The position numbers and the translations under genes were made by a program. From NCBI GenBank assembly GCA_963783375.1, contig CAWANH010000028.1, positions 1,216,001 to 1,280,000 of the forward strand: a DNA stretch of 64,000 nt, written 5' to 3'. The notes beneath the pieces are model-generated. The model had not been told where the DNA came from, made no database searches, and saw only the letters and a program-made list of their open reading frames with translations. Shown here one piece after another: positions 43,155 through 52,734 of the stretch (position 1 is the stretch's first letter; the number at the start of each line of letters is the position of its first letter). The DNA comes from Candidatus Eiseniibacteriota bacterium (GTDB taxonomy: Bacteria; Eisenbacteria; RBG-16-71-46; JABDJR01).

Positions 43155-44390
43155 GTGTCCTTCCGCGCCGTCTTCATCGCCGTTCTCCTGAGCACCGCCC
43201 TCATCGCCGCCGCCCTGATCGTGAACTCGCGCCGGCCGGCCACGGAAACCGCCCAGCCCACCGCTGCCCTGGTCAAGGCGAGCGGGAAGTGCGCCGAGTG
43301 CCACCGCCAGGAGACCGAAGCCATGGTGGTGGAGTACGAGCAGAGCAAGCACGCGGCCAAGGGGGTGAACTGCCTGGACTGTCACCGGCCGGTGAAGGAT
43401 CAGGAGGGGATGGAGCACCGCGGCTTCACCATCGCCAAGCATCTCACGGCCGAGAACTGCGCCCAGTGCCATCAGGCCCAGTACCAGCAGTTCCTGAGGA
43501 GCCGCCATGCCGCGCCCGCCTTCGCGGCCATCGTCGGGGACACCGCGTTCACCCCGGATCAGATCGCCTTCGCCGAGCGGTACCATCACGGCGCGGTGAA
43601 GCGCGCGGCCAACCCGCTGGTGGGCCTCGAAGGGGACGCCGCCGCGGTCAAGGGCTGCCTCTCCTGCCACTCCATCGGGAAGCCCAACCCCGACGGCTCC
43701 ATCGGCTCCTGCACCCAGTGCCACTCCCGGCACCTGGCCTCGGTGCGCCTGGCCCGCCTTCCCGAGACCTGCGGCCAGTGCCACATGGGGCCCGATCACA
43801 GCCAGATCGAGATCTACACCGAGTCCAAGCACGGGGTGATCTTCAACGACCTCAAGAATCGGATGAACCTGGACGCGTCCCCCGACCGGCTCACCCCCGC
43901 GGACATGCCGGTCCCCACCTGCGCCACCTGCCACATGAGCGGTCTGGGGGGCCAGAAGGTGACCCACGATACCTCGGAGCGGCTTTCCTACTGGCTCTTC
44001 GCCGCGATCTCGGACAAGCGGCCGAACTACATGGAAGCCCAGGCCAACATGAAGGACGTCTGCAACACCTGCCACGTGAAGTCCCACACCGACCGGTTCT
44101 ACGCCGAGGCCGAGTCGGTGGTGACCGCCACCAACACCAAGGTCGCTGCGGGGCTCGGGATCGTGGACGGGCTCCGCAAGGACAAGCTGCTCACTCCGGC
44201 CCCCTTCGACGAGCCGATCGAGTTCACCGCCTTCGATTTCTGGCACTACTACGGCCGGACGGCGAAGCACGGGGCGTTCATGGGCGGAGCGGACTTCGTT
44301 CAGTGGCACGGGAACTACGAGCTGCTCTCGCATCTGGTGGAGCTGAAGGCCCAGGCCGCCGAGCTCCGGAAGGACCATGAACGCCGTTGA
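43155..44390 (+). CDS. Octaheme cytochrome c, hydroxylamine oxidoreductase (HAO) family
   Basis: Eight CxxCH motifs (CAECH, CLDCH, CAQCH, CLSCH, CTQCH, CGQCH, CATCH, CNTCH); CHMGPDHSQIEIY..SKHG; ADFVQWHG; N-terminal anchor. Confidence 0.88.
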   Translation: MSFRAVFIAVLLSTALIAAALIVNSRRPATETAQPTAALVKASGKCAECHRQETEAMVVEYEQSKHAAKGVNCLDCHRPVKDQEGMEHRGFTIAKHLTAENCAQCHQAQYQQFLRSRHAAPAFAAIVGDTAFTPDQIAFAERYHHGAVKRAANPLVGLEGDAAAVKGCLSCHSIGKPNPDGSIGSCTQCHSRHLASVRLARLPETCGQCHMGPDHSQIEIYTESKHGVIFNDLKNRMNLDASPDRLTPADMPVPTCATCHMSGLGGQKVTHDTSERLSYWLFAAISDKRPNYMEAQANMKDVCNTCHVKSHTDRFYAEAESVVTATNTKVAAGLGIVDGLRKDKLLTPAPFDEPIEFTAFDFWHYYGRTAKHGAFMGGADFVQWHGNYELLSHLVELKAQAAELRKDHERR

Positions 44391-45231
44391 GCGGGCCGGG
44401 CGGTGGTCCCGCCCGGTCCTGGTAGAACTTTTCGCCGTCGCCAACCTGGCCTTCCTCACCCTGGACGTCTTCATAGCCCACTCGATAAACGCGTTCCACT
44501 ACCCGATCGAGCGGATCCCGGTGGGGTTCGGGATCGCCGGAGCTGCCGTGCTCTTCATCGGCCTGGCCGTCGACGCCTTCGACCTCCGCCGCGCCACCGT
44601 TCGCTGGGTGGGGTATCTCGTGGGCTGGTCGGCCATCCTGGTCGGGGTGATCGGGCTCTTCCTCCACCTCCGAAGCTCGTTCTTCGACCAGCAGACGCTG
44701 AAGAGCCTGGTCTACACCGCGCCCTTCGTGGCGCCGCTCAGCTTCGCCGGATTGGGTTTCCTGGTGCTGGTGAACCGGCAGGTGCCGCGCGACTCGCCGG
44801 CCTGGGCCCAGTGGGTGTTGTTCCTGGCCTGGGGCGGCTTCGTGGGGAACTTCGTTCTCTCGCTGGCCGACCACGCCCAGAACGGCTTCTTCGACGCGCG
44901 GGAGTGGATTCCGGTCTTCGCCGCCGCTTTCGCGGTGGGGTTCCTGCTTCTCGCCCTTCTTCGTCCCACCGACCGCCGGCTGCTCCGGGCCACGCTGTGG
45001 GTGCTCGGCGTGCAGGTCGTGGCGGGCGCCGCGGGCTTCCTCTTTCATCTCCGGGCCGACCTTCGCGTGCCCGGCCCGAGCTTCTTCCAGGACATCCTCT
45101 ACGGCGCGCCCCCGTTCGCGCCGCTCCTCTTCGCCGACCTGGCGCTCCTGGCCGGGCTGGCCATCTGGGACCTCCACGTGAAATCGGCGGCGGGGGAAGC
45201 CGCGGGCGCCCGGGACGCCGGAGCGGAGTGA
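44377..45231 (+). CDS. Polytopic membrane protein with internal duplication, probable partner of the octaheme cytochrome
   Basis: ~8 TM helices; repeated H...F...E.IP and LHL/FHL...Y.AP..APL.FA motifs; overlaps the upstream gene. Confidence 0.75.
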   Translation: MNAVERAGRWSRPVLVELFAVANLAFLTLDVFIAHSINAFHYPIERIPVGFGIAGAAVLFIGLAVDAFDLRRATVRWVGYLVGWSAILVGVIGLFLHLRSSFFDQQTLKSLVYTAPFVAPLSFAGLGFLVLVNRQVPRDSPAWAQWVLFLAWGGFVGNFVLSLADHAQNGFFDAREWIPVFAAAFAVGFLLLALLRPTDRRLLRATLWVLGVQVVAGAAGFLFHLRADLRVPGPSFFQDILYGAPPFAPLLFADLALLAGLAIWDLHVKSAAGEAAGARDAGAE

Positions 45232-45436
45232 TCCCGCGGCCCCGATCCTCGCGGCGCGACCCACATCGCCGCGACATATTCCGCCACGCGGCGCGTATTC
45301 CGTTTCGCCCCGCCGTCTGATATGTTCGCTGCCCGCCCGACCGCCGTGGCCGCCCATGAGGCGCGGCCGCCCCGCGCGGGGCCATCCCGCGAGCCGGGCC
45401 CACGCGTCCCACACTCCCAAGGGGAGGTCAAAGATC

Positions 45437-47425
45437 ATGGCCGAAGGAACGAAGCCCGCGCCCTTCACCGTGGAGACCCTCTGGGCTCTCCGCCGGGTCG
45501 GCGCCCCCGCCGCCTCGGGCGATGGTTCGGTGATCGTGGTCCCGGTGACCACCTACGACATGGAGACCAACGACTCCAGGACGCGTCTCTATCGGGTGTT
45601 CGCCGACGGCGGGGATCCCCGCCCCCTCACCGGCGCCGACGCCTCGGCCGGGGATCCCGCGGTGAGCCCCGACCGCACCCGCCTCGCCTTCGTCCGAAAG
45701 GACGACAAGGGAAAGGGCCAGCTCGCGGTGATGCCGCTGGACGGGGGTGAGGCGGAGACCCTGACCGACATGCCGCTGGGGGTGATCGACCCCAAGTGGT
45801 TCCCGGACGGAAAGCGGATCGCGTTCCTGGGTTGGGTTCTGGGCGACGCTCCCACTCCCGAGGGCACCCGGAAGCTGGCCGAGGAGCGGGAGAAGGAACC
45901 GGTGAAGGCCCACGTCACCGAGGACCGGATCTTCCGTTTCTGGGACTCGTGGCTCACCGACGGGAAGGTACTCCACATCTTCGTGGTCGACCTGGCCACG
46001 GGCGCTCTCACCGATCTCACCCCGGACCTCCGACAGTGGTTCGATCCCATGGACCCCAAGGGGTCCTACGACATCTCCCCCGACGGCCGGGAGATCGCGT
46101 TCAGCGTGGACCGGAGCGAGCCGCCCCACGACCCCACCGATTGGGACGTGTTCACCGTCCCCACCGCCGGCGGCGAGATCCGGAATCTCACCCGGGAGAA
46201 TCCCGCCGACGACATGCGGCCCCGCTACAGCCCCGACGGGCGCTGGATCCTCTACGGAATGCAGAGGATGCTCGACTTCTACGCCGACCGGCAGCGCCTG
46301 GTGGCCTACGACCGGAAGACCGGCGAGCATCGGGTGCTGACCGAACACTGGGACTTCTCGGCCTCGGGATGGGAGTTCGCCCCCGACGGCCGTTCGGTGC
46401 TCCTGACCGCCGAGGAGAAGGGGCGGATCTCGGTGTATCGCGCCGCGATCGAGGTCGCCGACCCCGAGCGGATCCTCCGCGGGGGGACCTTCGGTTCGCT
46501 GATCCCGCTCACCGACGGATCGTTCCTGGCGAGCTTCAACGACCTCTCCCATCCGCCGGAGGTGGTCCGGGTTTCCGCCGACGGCGCCAAGACCTCGCGG
46601 GTCACGGCCATGAACGACGACCTCCTGGCCGGCACCGCCCTCGGCGAGGTGCGGGAGTTCCAGTACAAGGGGTCGGAGGGGCGCACGATCCAGTCCTACC
46701 TGGTCCTTCCCCCCGGCTTCAGTCCGGACCACCGGTACCCCCTGGTGGAGGTGCTCCACGGCGGCCCCCACGGCATCACCGGGGACACCTTCCACTTCCG
46801 ATGGAACCTGCACCTCATGGCCGCGCCGGGCTACGTGGTTCTGGCCCCGAACTTCCACGGCTCGACCGGGTGGGGACAGGATTTCGCCGCGTCGATCCAC
46901 GGGGGATGGGGGGACAAGCCCTACCGCGACGCCATGGCCGCGGTGGACGCAATCCTCGAGCAGGGCTACGTGGACGAGCGCCGCATGGCCGCGGTGGGAG
47001 GCTCCTACGGCGGCTACCTGGTGAGCTGGATCGCCGGGCAGACCGACCGCTTCGCCTGCATCGTGAACCACGCCGGGGTGTCGGACATCCTGGCCCAGTT
47101 CGCCTCGGACGTGACCTACGGCCGCGAGCGGTCCCTGGGCGGGAATCCCTGGGACGGTCTCGAGGCCATCGACCGGATGAACCCCATCCGTTTCGCCGAG
47201 GGCTTCAAGACCCCCATGCTGGTGGTCCACGGCGAACGCGACTTCCGGGTGCCGGTGACCCAGGGTCTGGCGATCTACAACGTCTACAAGGCCAAGCGGG
47301 TGCCGGCGCGGCTGGTGTACTTCCCCGACGAGAACCACTGGGTGCTGAAGCCGCGGAACGGGCGGCTCTGGTATCGGGAGTTCCACGGGTGGCTGGCCCG
47401 CTGGTTCGAGGCCGCCTCCTCCTGA
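45437..47425 (+). CDS. S9 family peptidase (dipeptidyl-peptidase 5-like)
   Basis: PD40 propeller, LHGGPH, GGSYGG nucleophile, HGERDFRVP, FPDENHWV. Confidence 0.93.
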   Translation: MAEGTKPAPFTVETLWALRRVGAPAASGDGSVIVVPVTTYDMETNDSRTRLYRVFADGGDPRPLTGADASAGDPAVSPDRTRLAFVRKDDKGKGQLAVMPLDGGEAETLTDMPLGVIDPKWFPDGKRIAFLGWVLGDAPTPEGTRKLAEEREKEPVKAHVTEDRIFRFWDSWLTDGKVLHIFVVDLATGALTDLTPDLRQWFDPMDPKGSYDISPDGREIAFSVDRSEPPHDPTDWDVFTVPTAGGEIRNLTRENPADDMRPRYSPDGRWILYGMQRMLDFYADRQRLVAYDRKTGEHRVLTEHWDFSASGWEFAPDGRSVLLTAEEKGRISVYRAAIEVADPERILRGGTFGSLIPLTDGSFLASFNDLSHPPEVVRVSADGAKTSRVTAMNDDLLAGTALGEVREFQYKGSEGRTIQSYLVLPPGFSPDHRYPLVEVLHGGPHGITGDTFHFRWNLHLMAAPGYVVLAPNFHGSTGWGQDFAASIHGGWGDKPYRDAMAAVDAILEQGYVDERRMAAVGGSYGGYLVSWIAGQTDRFACIVNHAGVSDILAQFASDVTYGRERSLGGNPWDGLEAIDRMNPIRFAEGFKTPMLVVHGERDFRVPVTQGLAIYNVYKAKRVPARLVYFPDENHWVLKPRNGRLWYREFHGWLARWFEAASS

Positions 47426-47504
47426 AGGGGCGGCCGCCGATCCTGTAACCCTTTGAAAGTTTGATGATTACGTAGCACGGGCGCTTTGCGCCGAAAAACA
47501 TTCC

Positions 47505-47533
47505 TTGACAGAATCTTCCTTGGAAGATAAATT
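47505..47533 (+). promoter_or_regulatory. Sigma70 promoter with embedded palindromic operator
   Basis: TTGACA-N17-TAAATT; ATCTTCC-TT-GGAAGAT at 47513-47528. Confidence 0.75.
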
Positions 47534-47540
47534 CCCATCC

Positions 47541-48023
47541 ATGAGCCCCACCGTACGCGACTCCATCCGTCAGAAGCGTCCCTTCCGGTCGGTCCACGAG
47601 GAGACCCTGGTCACCCTGGTGCGCACCACCGATCGCGTGAACGCGCGGTTGTGCGCCGCCCTGGCCGCGGAGGGGCTTTCGTTGCCGCAGTACAACGTGC
47701 TCCGCATCCTTCGCGGGTCGGAACCGGAGGGGCTTCAGACCTACCAGGTCGCCGAGCGCCTGCTGGCCCGTGCGCCCAACATCACGCGGCTGGTGGACAA
47801 GATGGAGGCGAAAGGTCTTCTCGGCCGGTCCCGGTCCTCGTCCGACCGGCGGGTGGTCCAGCTTCGGATCAGCGCCCGGGGTCTGGAGGTCCTGGCCCGC
47901 CTGGACGCGCCGACCGCCGAGGCGGTGCGCGCGGCCATGAGCGGCCTCCCCGAAGCCGGCCTCACCGAGCTCTGCCGTTTGCTGAATCAACTCCGCGAGC
48001 CCCTCGAAGGGGGAGCGGTCTGA
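47541..48023 (+). CDS. MarR family transcriptional regulator
   Basis: LSLPQYNVLRILRG, PNITRLVDKMEAKGL, DRRVV. Confidence 0.92.
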   Translation: MSPTVRDSIRQKRPFRSVHEETLVTLVRTTDRVNARLCAALAAEGLSLPQYNVLRILRGSEPEGLQTYQVAERLLARAPNITRLVDKMEAKGLLGRSRSSSDRRVVQLRISARGLEVLARLDAPTAEAVRAAMSGLPEAGLTELCRLLNQLREPLEGGAV

Positions 48024-48098
48024 TCCCCGGGCAGCCCCGGCCCGTCTTTCCAAGAGGGGGAATCGCCCCCTGTTGATCATCAGGAAGGAAGAACCATC

Positions 48099-48704
48099 AT
48101 GAAACGCTTCATCGCATCGCTGGCCCTGGTCGCACTTGTCCTCGCCCCGGGGTTCGCCCGGGCGGAACCGGTGTCCTGGAAGATCGATCCGGTTCACTCG
48201 TCGGTCACCTTCAAGATCCGGCACCTGGTCTCCCGGGTGCAGGGGGAGTTCAAGGACCTGAACGGCACGATCGCGTTCGATCCCGCCGACGCGTCCGCCG
48301 GCTCGGTGGCGGTCACCATCGCCGCCGCCAGCATCGATACCAAGAACGACTATCGCGACAAGGATCTGCGGAGCGGCAACTTCTTCGACGTCGAGACGTA
48401 CCCGGAAATCACCTTCAAGAGCACCGGGGCGGAGACGACCCCGGACGGGAAACTCCAGGTGACCGGCGACCTCACCATGCACGGGGTCACCAGGCCGGTG
48501 GTATTGGACGCCGAGTTCCTGGGCTCCGGCCCGCATCCCCGGGGGGGCCGGGTGGCCGGCTTCGCCGCCACCACCACCCTGAACCGGAAGGACTTCGGGA
48601 TCACCTGGAACAAGGTTCTGGACGCCGGCGGCACGCTCCTGGGGGACGACGTCCAGGTGGAAATCAACCTCGAGGCCGTTCACGCGGAGGACGAGAGCGA
48701 ATAG
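48099..48704 (+). CDS. YceI family protein
   Basis: WKIDPVHSSV, RDKDLRSGNFFD, GDLTMHGVT, RKDFGI. Confidence 0.93.
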   Translation: MKRFIASLALVALVLAPGFARAEPVSWKIDPVHSSVTFKIRHLVSRVQGEFKDLNGTIAFDPADASAGSVAVTIAAASIDTKNDYRDKDLRSGNFFDVETYPEITFKSTGAETTPDGKLQVTGDLTMHGVTRPVVLDAEFLGSGPHPRGGRVAGFAATTTLNRKDFGITWNKVLDAGGTLLGDDVQVEINLEAVHAEDESE

Positions 48705-48740
48705 CCGCGCACCGGTTTTGCACGAACAATTGCTGCGGTG

Positions 48741-48789
48741 GAAACAATTCCAGGCCGCGGCGGGCGACCGTCGCGGCCTCGTTGTTTCC
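48741..48789 (+). terminator. Hairpin/terminator after yceI
   Basis: aggccgcggcgg-GCGA-ccgtcgcggcct flanked by gaaacaa/ttgtttc. Confidence 0.55.
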
Positions 48790-48900
48790 GCCCTCCCGGG
48801 ACGGTTTTCCCGGCCGTTCCCGCCTTCTTCTCAAGCTTGAGTCCCAACCTGCCGATGAGCTAGAATACAGGACATCCAGGGCAGGATTCAGGCCAGCCTA

Positions 48901-49950
48901 ATGAATCAATGGAACCTCGAGTTCTCGCCGAGTCGGCGCCCAGGTCCTCGTTGCCCCAGCTTCGCCGGACTCTTGGTCCGCGCGATCCTACCTCTTGTGA
49001 TCCTCGCCCTCACCGCCCTTCCCGCCCGGGCCGGGGACGCCCCCCGCGACACCCTGCGCCTGGCCACCGGTTCGGTGGGTGGCACCTTCCTTCCCGTCGG
49101 CCGTGAGCTGGCCGCCTGGTGGGCCCGGTCGGTTCCGGAACTCGTGGTGGTGGTGGACACCACCGCGGGCTCGGTCGAGAACCTGGACCGGTTGGTGAAC
49201 GGCGAGGCGGACCTGGCCATCGTGGGGGCCAGCCCCTTCCGGGAAGTGGTGGAGGGACGCCGGAGCATCGCCGACGAGGCCAAGCGCATCTGTACCATCG
49301 GGAGCCTCTACGACGACGCCGAGCAGTACGTGGTGCGGAAGTCGTTGGTGCGGGTGGGGAACCTGCTCGACCTGAGCGGTCTTCGCATGTACCCCGGTCC
49401 CCACAACAGCGGTGGGGAGATCGACACCCGGCTCATCCTGAGCGTGCTGGGGATCGAACCCCGTTACGCCTACGTCGAGGACCGGGACAAGGGGTACTCC
49501 GCCGCGGCCACCGCCCTGGTGCGCGGGGAATACGACGCCGCCACCTTCTCCGGCGGGGTGCCGATCCAGGCGGTGACCGATCTCTTCGACCTCTACCCCG
49601 ACGAGTACATGATCCTGCCCTTCTCCCGCCACATGCTGAACAAGCTGCAGTACGAGGAGAAGGATTTCACCCCGGTCACCATCCACGCCGGGGCCTATCC
49701 CGCACTCGGGACGAACATCCGGACGGTGGGGAGTTCGAACCTCCTGGTCGCGTGCCCCCGCCTCGATCCGTCCATCGTGGCCAGGCTGGACCGCGCCGTC
49801 CGGCAGGGGATCGCCGTGCCTGGCGAAGGGCTCCGCGCCAAGACCTCCCACCCGGTGCTCCAGGTGCTGGATCTCGATCGCTGGAACGAGATCCCCGCCG
49901 GAGAGCATTGCGCCGGCTCCGCCTCCGCGGGGATCGAAGCCAGCCCGTGA
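48901..49950 (+). CDS. TAXI-family TRAP solute-binding protein
   Basis: LATGSVGGTF, TAGSVENL, GEADLAIV; TTGAGT-N18-TAGAAT upstream. Confidence 0.8.
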   Translation: MNQWNLEFSPSRRPGPRCPSFAGLLVRAILPLVILALTALPARAGDAPRDTLRLATGSVGGTFLPVGRELAAWWARSVPELVVVVDTTAGSVENLDRLVNGEADLAIVGASPFREVVEGRRSIADEAKRICTIGSLYDDAEQYVVRKSLVRVGNLLDLSGLRMYPGPHNSGGEIDTRLILSVLGIEPRYAYVEDRDKGYSAAATALVRGEYDAATFSGGVPIQAVTDLFDLYPDEYMILPFSRHMLNKLQYEEKDFTPVTIHAGAYPALGTNIRTVGSSNLLVACPRLDPSIVARLDRAVRQGIAVPGEGLRAKTSHPVLQVLDLDRWNEIPAGEHCAGSASAGIEASP

Positions 49951-49981
49951 GCCGGAGCCTCTCCGCCCCCGTCGCCCGGCC

Positions 49982-50407
49982 GTGACCCCCGATACCCCCA
50001 AGGGCGACCGGGCCGCCGTGTTCATCGTCCGCGACCGCCGTTTGCTGGTGCTCCATCGCCGGAAATCAGGGGAGGTCTACGATGCGGTCCCCGGTGGAAC
50101 CCTGGAAGCGGGGGAGACCCCGGCCGAGGCCGCGGTGCGCGAGATCCGCGAGGAGACCGGGCTCGCGGTGAAGCTCGCCGGCCCGGTGCTGGAGCTCGTG
50201 AACCAGGGCCGGCGGGAAACCTACTTCGACGCGCTGGAGGCGGCGGGGGAGCCCCGGCTGGGCGGGCCCGAGGCGCGGCGGAATTCCCCGGAGAACGCCT
50301 ACACCCTGGATTGGGTGCGGCTCGACGATCTCGGGAACCGCCCCATCCAGCCCGAGGCGCTCCGGCGGTGGGTCGCCGTCCGGGACTGGGCGCACCTCAC
50401 CGGTTGA
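49982..50407 (+). CDS. NUDIX hydrolase
   Basis: GGTLEAGETPAEAAVREIREETG Nudix box. Confidence 0.9.
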   Translation: MTPDTPKGDRAAVFIVRDRRLLVLHRRKSGEVYDAVPGGTLEAGETPAEAAVREIREETGLAVKLAGPVLELVNQGRRETYFDALEAAGEPRLGGPEARRNSPENAYTLDWVRLDDLGNRPIQPEALRRWVAVRDWAHLTG

Positions 50408-50489
50408 GCGGCGGACGGCGCCCGCGCGGCCTCACCGGGTCCGCAAGCCGCCGGCCGCGACCGGCTTCGACACCGCTCTCCGCTCCGGA

Positions 50490-51830
50490 TCAGTCCAGGC
50501 CGGCCAGGCTGGCCAGCAGTTCCTCGTTGGTGGCGTGGCGTTGCATGAGCTTCAGCACGCCCAGCATGGCCTGATCGGGCGGGTAGGAGGCGGCCAGCCG
50601 GCGGAGCTTGTGGAGCCGCCCCACCTCCTCGGCCGGGTACAGTTTCTCCTCTTTCCGCGTGCCGCTCTTTCCGATGTCCACCGAGGGGAAGATGCGCTTC
50701 TCGAAGAGGTCGCGGGAGAGGATCAGCTCGGTGTTCCCCGTTCCCTTGAACTCCTGGAAGATGACCTCGTCCATGCGGGAGCCGGTGTCCACCAGGGCGG
50801 TGCCCAGGATGGTGAGGCTTCCCCCGTCCTCGATTTTTCGCGCCGCCCCGAAGATCTGGCGCGGGGCCAGCATGGTGGTGGCGTCCAGCCCGCCGGACAG
50901 GGTGCGCCCGGAGTTTCCCTGCACCGTGTTGTAGGCGCGGGCCAGCCGGGTGATGGAGTCCAGGAGGAGCACCACGTCGCCCCCCTCCAGGACCGGTGGG
51001 ACGATGGTGTTCACGCAGTCCTCGGCGATCCCGATGTGGTCGTGGGCGGACATGTCGCTCGAGGCCGCGTACACCGTGGCGTGGCTGCTCCGCTTGAAGT
51101 GGGTCACTTCCTCCGGGCGCTCGTCGACCAGCAGCGCGTAGACCTGGACCTCGGGATGATTGGCGTGCAGGGCCTCGGCCACCTGGATGAGCAGCGTTGT
51201 CTTCCCCGCCTTGGGCGGAGAGACGATGAGCGCCCGCTGGCCGCGGCCGATGGGAGCGATCAGGTCCATCACCCGCATCGAGACCTGGTCGGGGGTGGTC
51301 TCGAGCTGATAGCGCTGGATGGGATCGATCGAGATCTGTTGCTGGAGGAGCTTCAGGATCTCCAGCCCCTTGGGGCGGTCCGATCCCTGGGAGCGTCCCT
51401 GGGACTGGGGCCGCCGGCGGGTGTTGGGGTGGCTCCGGCGATAGTTCTGGCCCTCGGCCGCGGCCATCCGCGAGGCGGTGGCGTCGCGGATCCCCTCCCG
51501 GCTGGGACGGGAATCCGGACGGCGGCGACGGCGCGGCGCCTCGGTTCCCCGCCCGTTGGAAGGGGTTCCTCGGGGCCGGTCCGGCCCCCCGTCCCCGGAC
51601 GCGGGGCGGCGGGGGCGATGGCGGAGCCGCTGCCCCTGCTCCCCTTCCCCGCGCGGTCCGCGGGCGGGGCGGTCATCCCGGTTCCGGGGCGCCCGGCGGG
51701 CGGCGTCCCCCCTCTGTTCGTCCTCGGGGGTCTTCACGTCCTCCCGGGTCGGGTCGCTGGGTTTGGATTCGGAACGGACACGGCGGCGGCGCACGCGGCG
51801 CGGGCGCGTCGAGCTTCTATCTTCGGGCAT
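50490..51830 (-). CDS. rho: Rho-like transcription termination factor with an Arg-rich N-terminus and no recognisable RNA-binding OB domain
   Basis: PIGRGQRALIVSPPKAGKT, DERPEEVT, LDSITRLARAYN, FKGTGNTEL, SGTRKEE. Confidence 0.85.
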   Translation of the reverse strand: MPEDRSSTRPRRVRRRRVRSESKPSDPTREDVKTPEDEQRGDAARRAPRNRDDRPARGPRGEGEQGQRLRHRPRRPASGDGGPDRPRGTPSNGRGTEAPRRRRRPDSRPSREGIRDATASRMAAAEGQNYRRSHPNTRRRPQSQGRSQGSDRPKGLEILKLLQQQISIDPIQRYQLETTPDQVSMRVMDLIAPIGRGQRALIVSPPKAGKTTLLIQVAEALHANHPEVQVYALLVDERPEEVTHFKRSSHATVYAASSDMSAHDHIGIAEDCVNTIVPPVLEGGDVVLLLDSITRLARAYNTVQGNSGRTLSGGLDATTMLAPRQIFGAARKIEDGGSLTILGTALVDTGSRMDEVIFQEFKGTGNTELILSRDLFEKRIFPSVDIGKSGTRKEEKLYPAEEVGRLHKLRRLAASYPPDQAMLGVLKLMQRHATNEELLASLAGLD

Positions 51831-52383
51831 GGTCTCTTTCGTCCTTTGATGACGGACCGGTTCACGTGGAGCGGGTCAATCCTGCGCATGCGGACATCGC
51901 GGCCTCGCCACGCAACTCCCAACCTCTCCTGGTCCGCCGGTTTCGGATCGGGGCCCGGAACGGTCCGGGCGCTCGAACCGGGCGAACCGGTCCTTGGCGC
52001 ACAAATACGGTCCCTGTGCCTTCTCCCGCCGCCGCTCCACGAATCGGTCTCTGGCGCTCGGTAGCGGCGTCGCCGGGAAACGGCGGTCGTGCAAGTCTCG
52101 GCTCCGGACCCGGGATCGGGTCGCGGGCGCACATCGAAAACGTTCCGATTGATTGCTGATACCCCGGGTCGGGGTTTCCGGTCGAGCCCGATGCTCTAGC
52201 GGGCGGTCTCGAACCGGTCTTCATAATAAGGAGCCGATGACAATCGATGGAACACCGTCCGGGGCATCCCCGCCCCCGGTGCCGGCTCGACACGCCATCC
52301 TGGAGATGGGGGAGCCGGAACATGGGTTTGCGCCGCGGGCCGCGCTGCCTGGCCCTCGTTATCGGCAACTCCCACGGACACCC

Positions 52384-52734
52384 TTAGGATGCCTCTTCCG
52401 GGGCGGTTTCGTCCAGCAATTCGTGAGCCCGCCGGATATGGGGAATCGTGATCGACCCCCCCACCACCAGCCCCACGTCGAACACCTCGGCCAGCTCCGC
52501 ACGGGTCGCCCCCGTCTGGAGCGCCCGCAAAACGTGATGGGAGATGCAGTCGTCGCACCGGAGGACCAGGGAGGCGGCCAGCCCCAGCAATTCCTTGGTC
52601 TTGGCGTCGAGGACCCCCGCCTCGTAGCACCTCGTGTCGAGGTTCATGAAGCGCTTGGTGACCAGGGTGCCCTGATCGAGGATTCGTTGGTTCATACGCT
52701 CGCGATGGGCCTGGAATTCCTCAACTTTGCTCAT
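52384..52734 (-). CDS. Carboxymuconolactone decarboxylase / AhpD-like protein
   Basis: [23 protein letters not shown]; ATGA overlap with typA. Confidence 0.88.
   Translation of the reverse strand: MSKVEEFQAHRERMNQRILDQGTLVTKRFMNLDTRCYEAGVLDAKTKELLGLAASLVLRCDDCISHHVLRALQTGATRAELAEVFDVGLVVGGSITIPHIRRAHELLDETAPEEAS

Noticed and set aside
48718-48733. ttgcacgaacaattgc as a sigma54 promoter
   Set aside because: Lacks the invariant GG at -24 and the spacing is wrong
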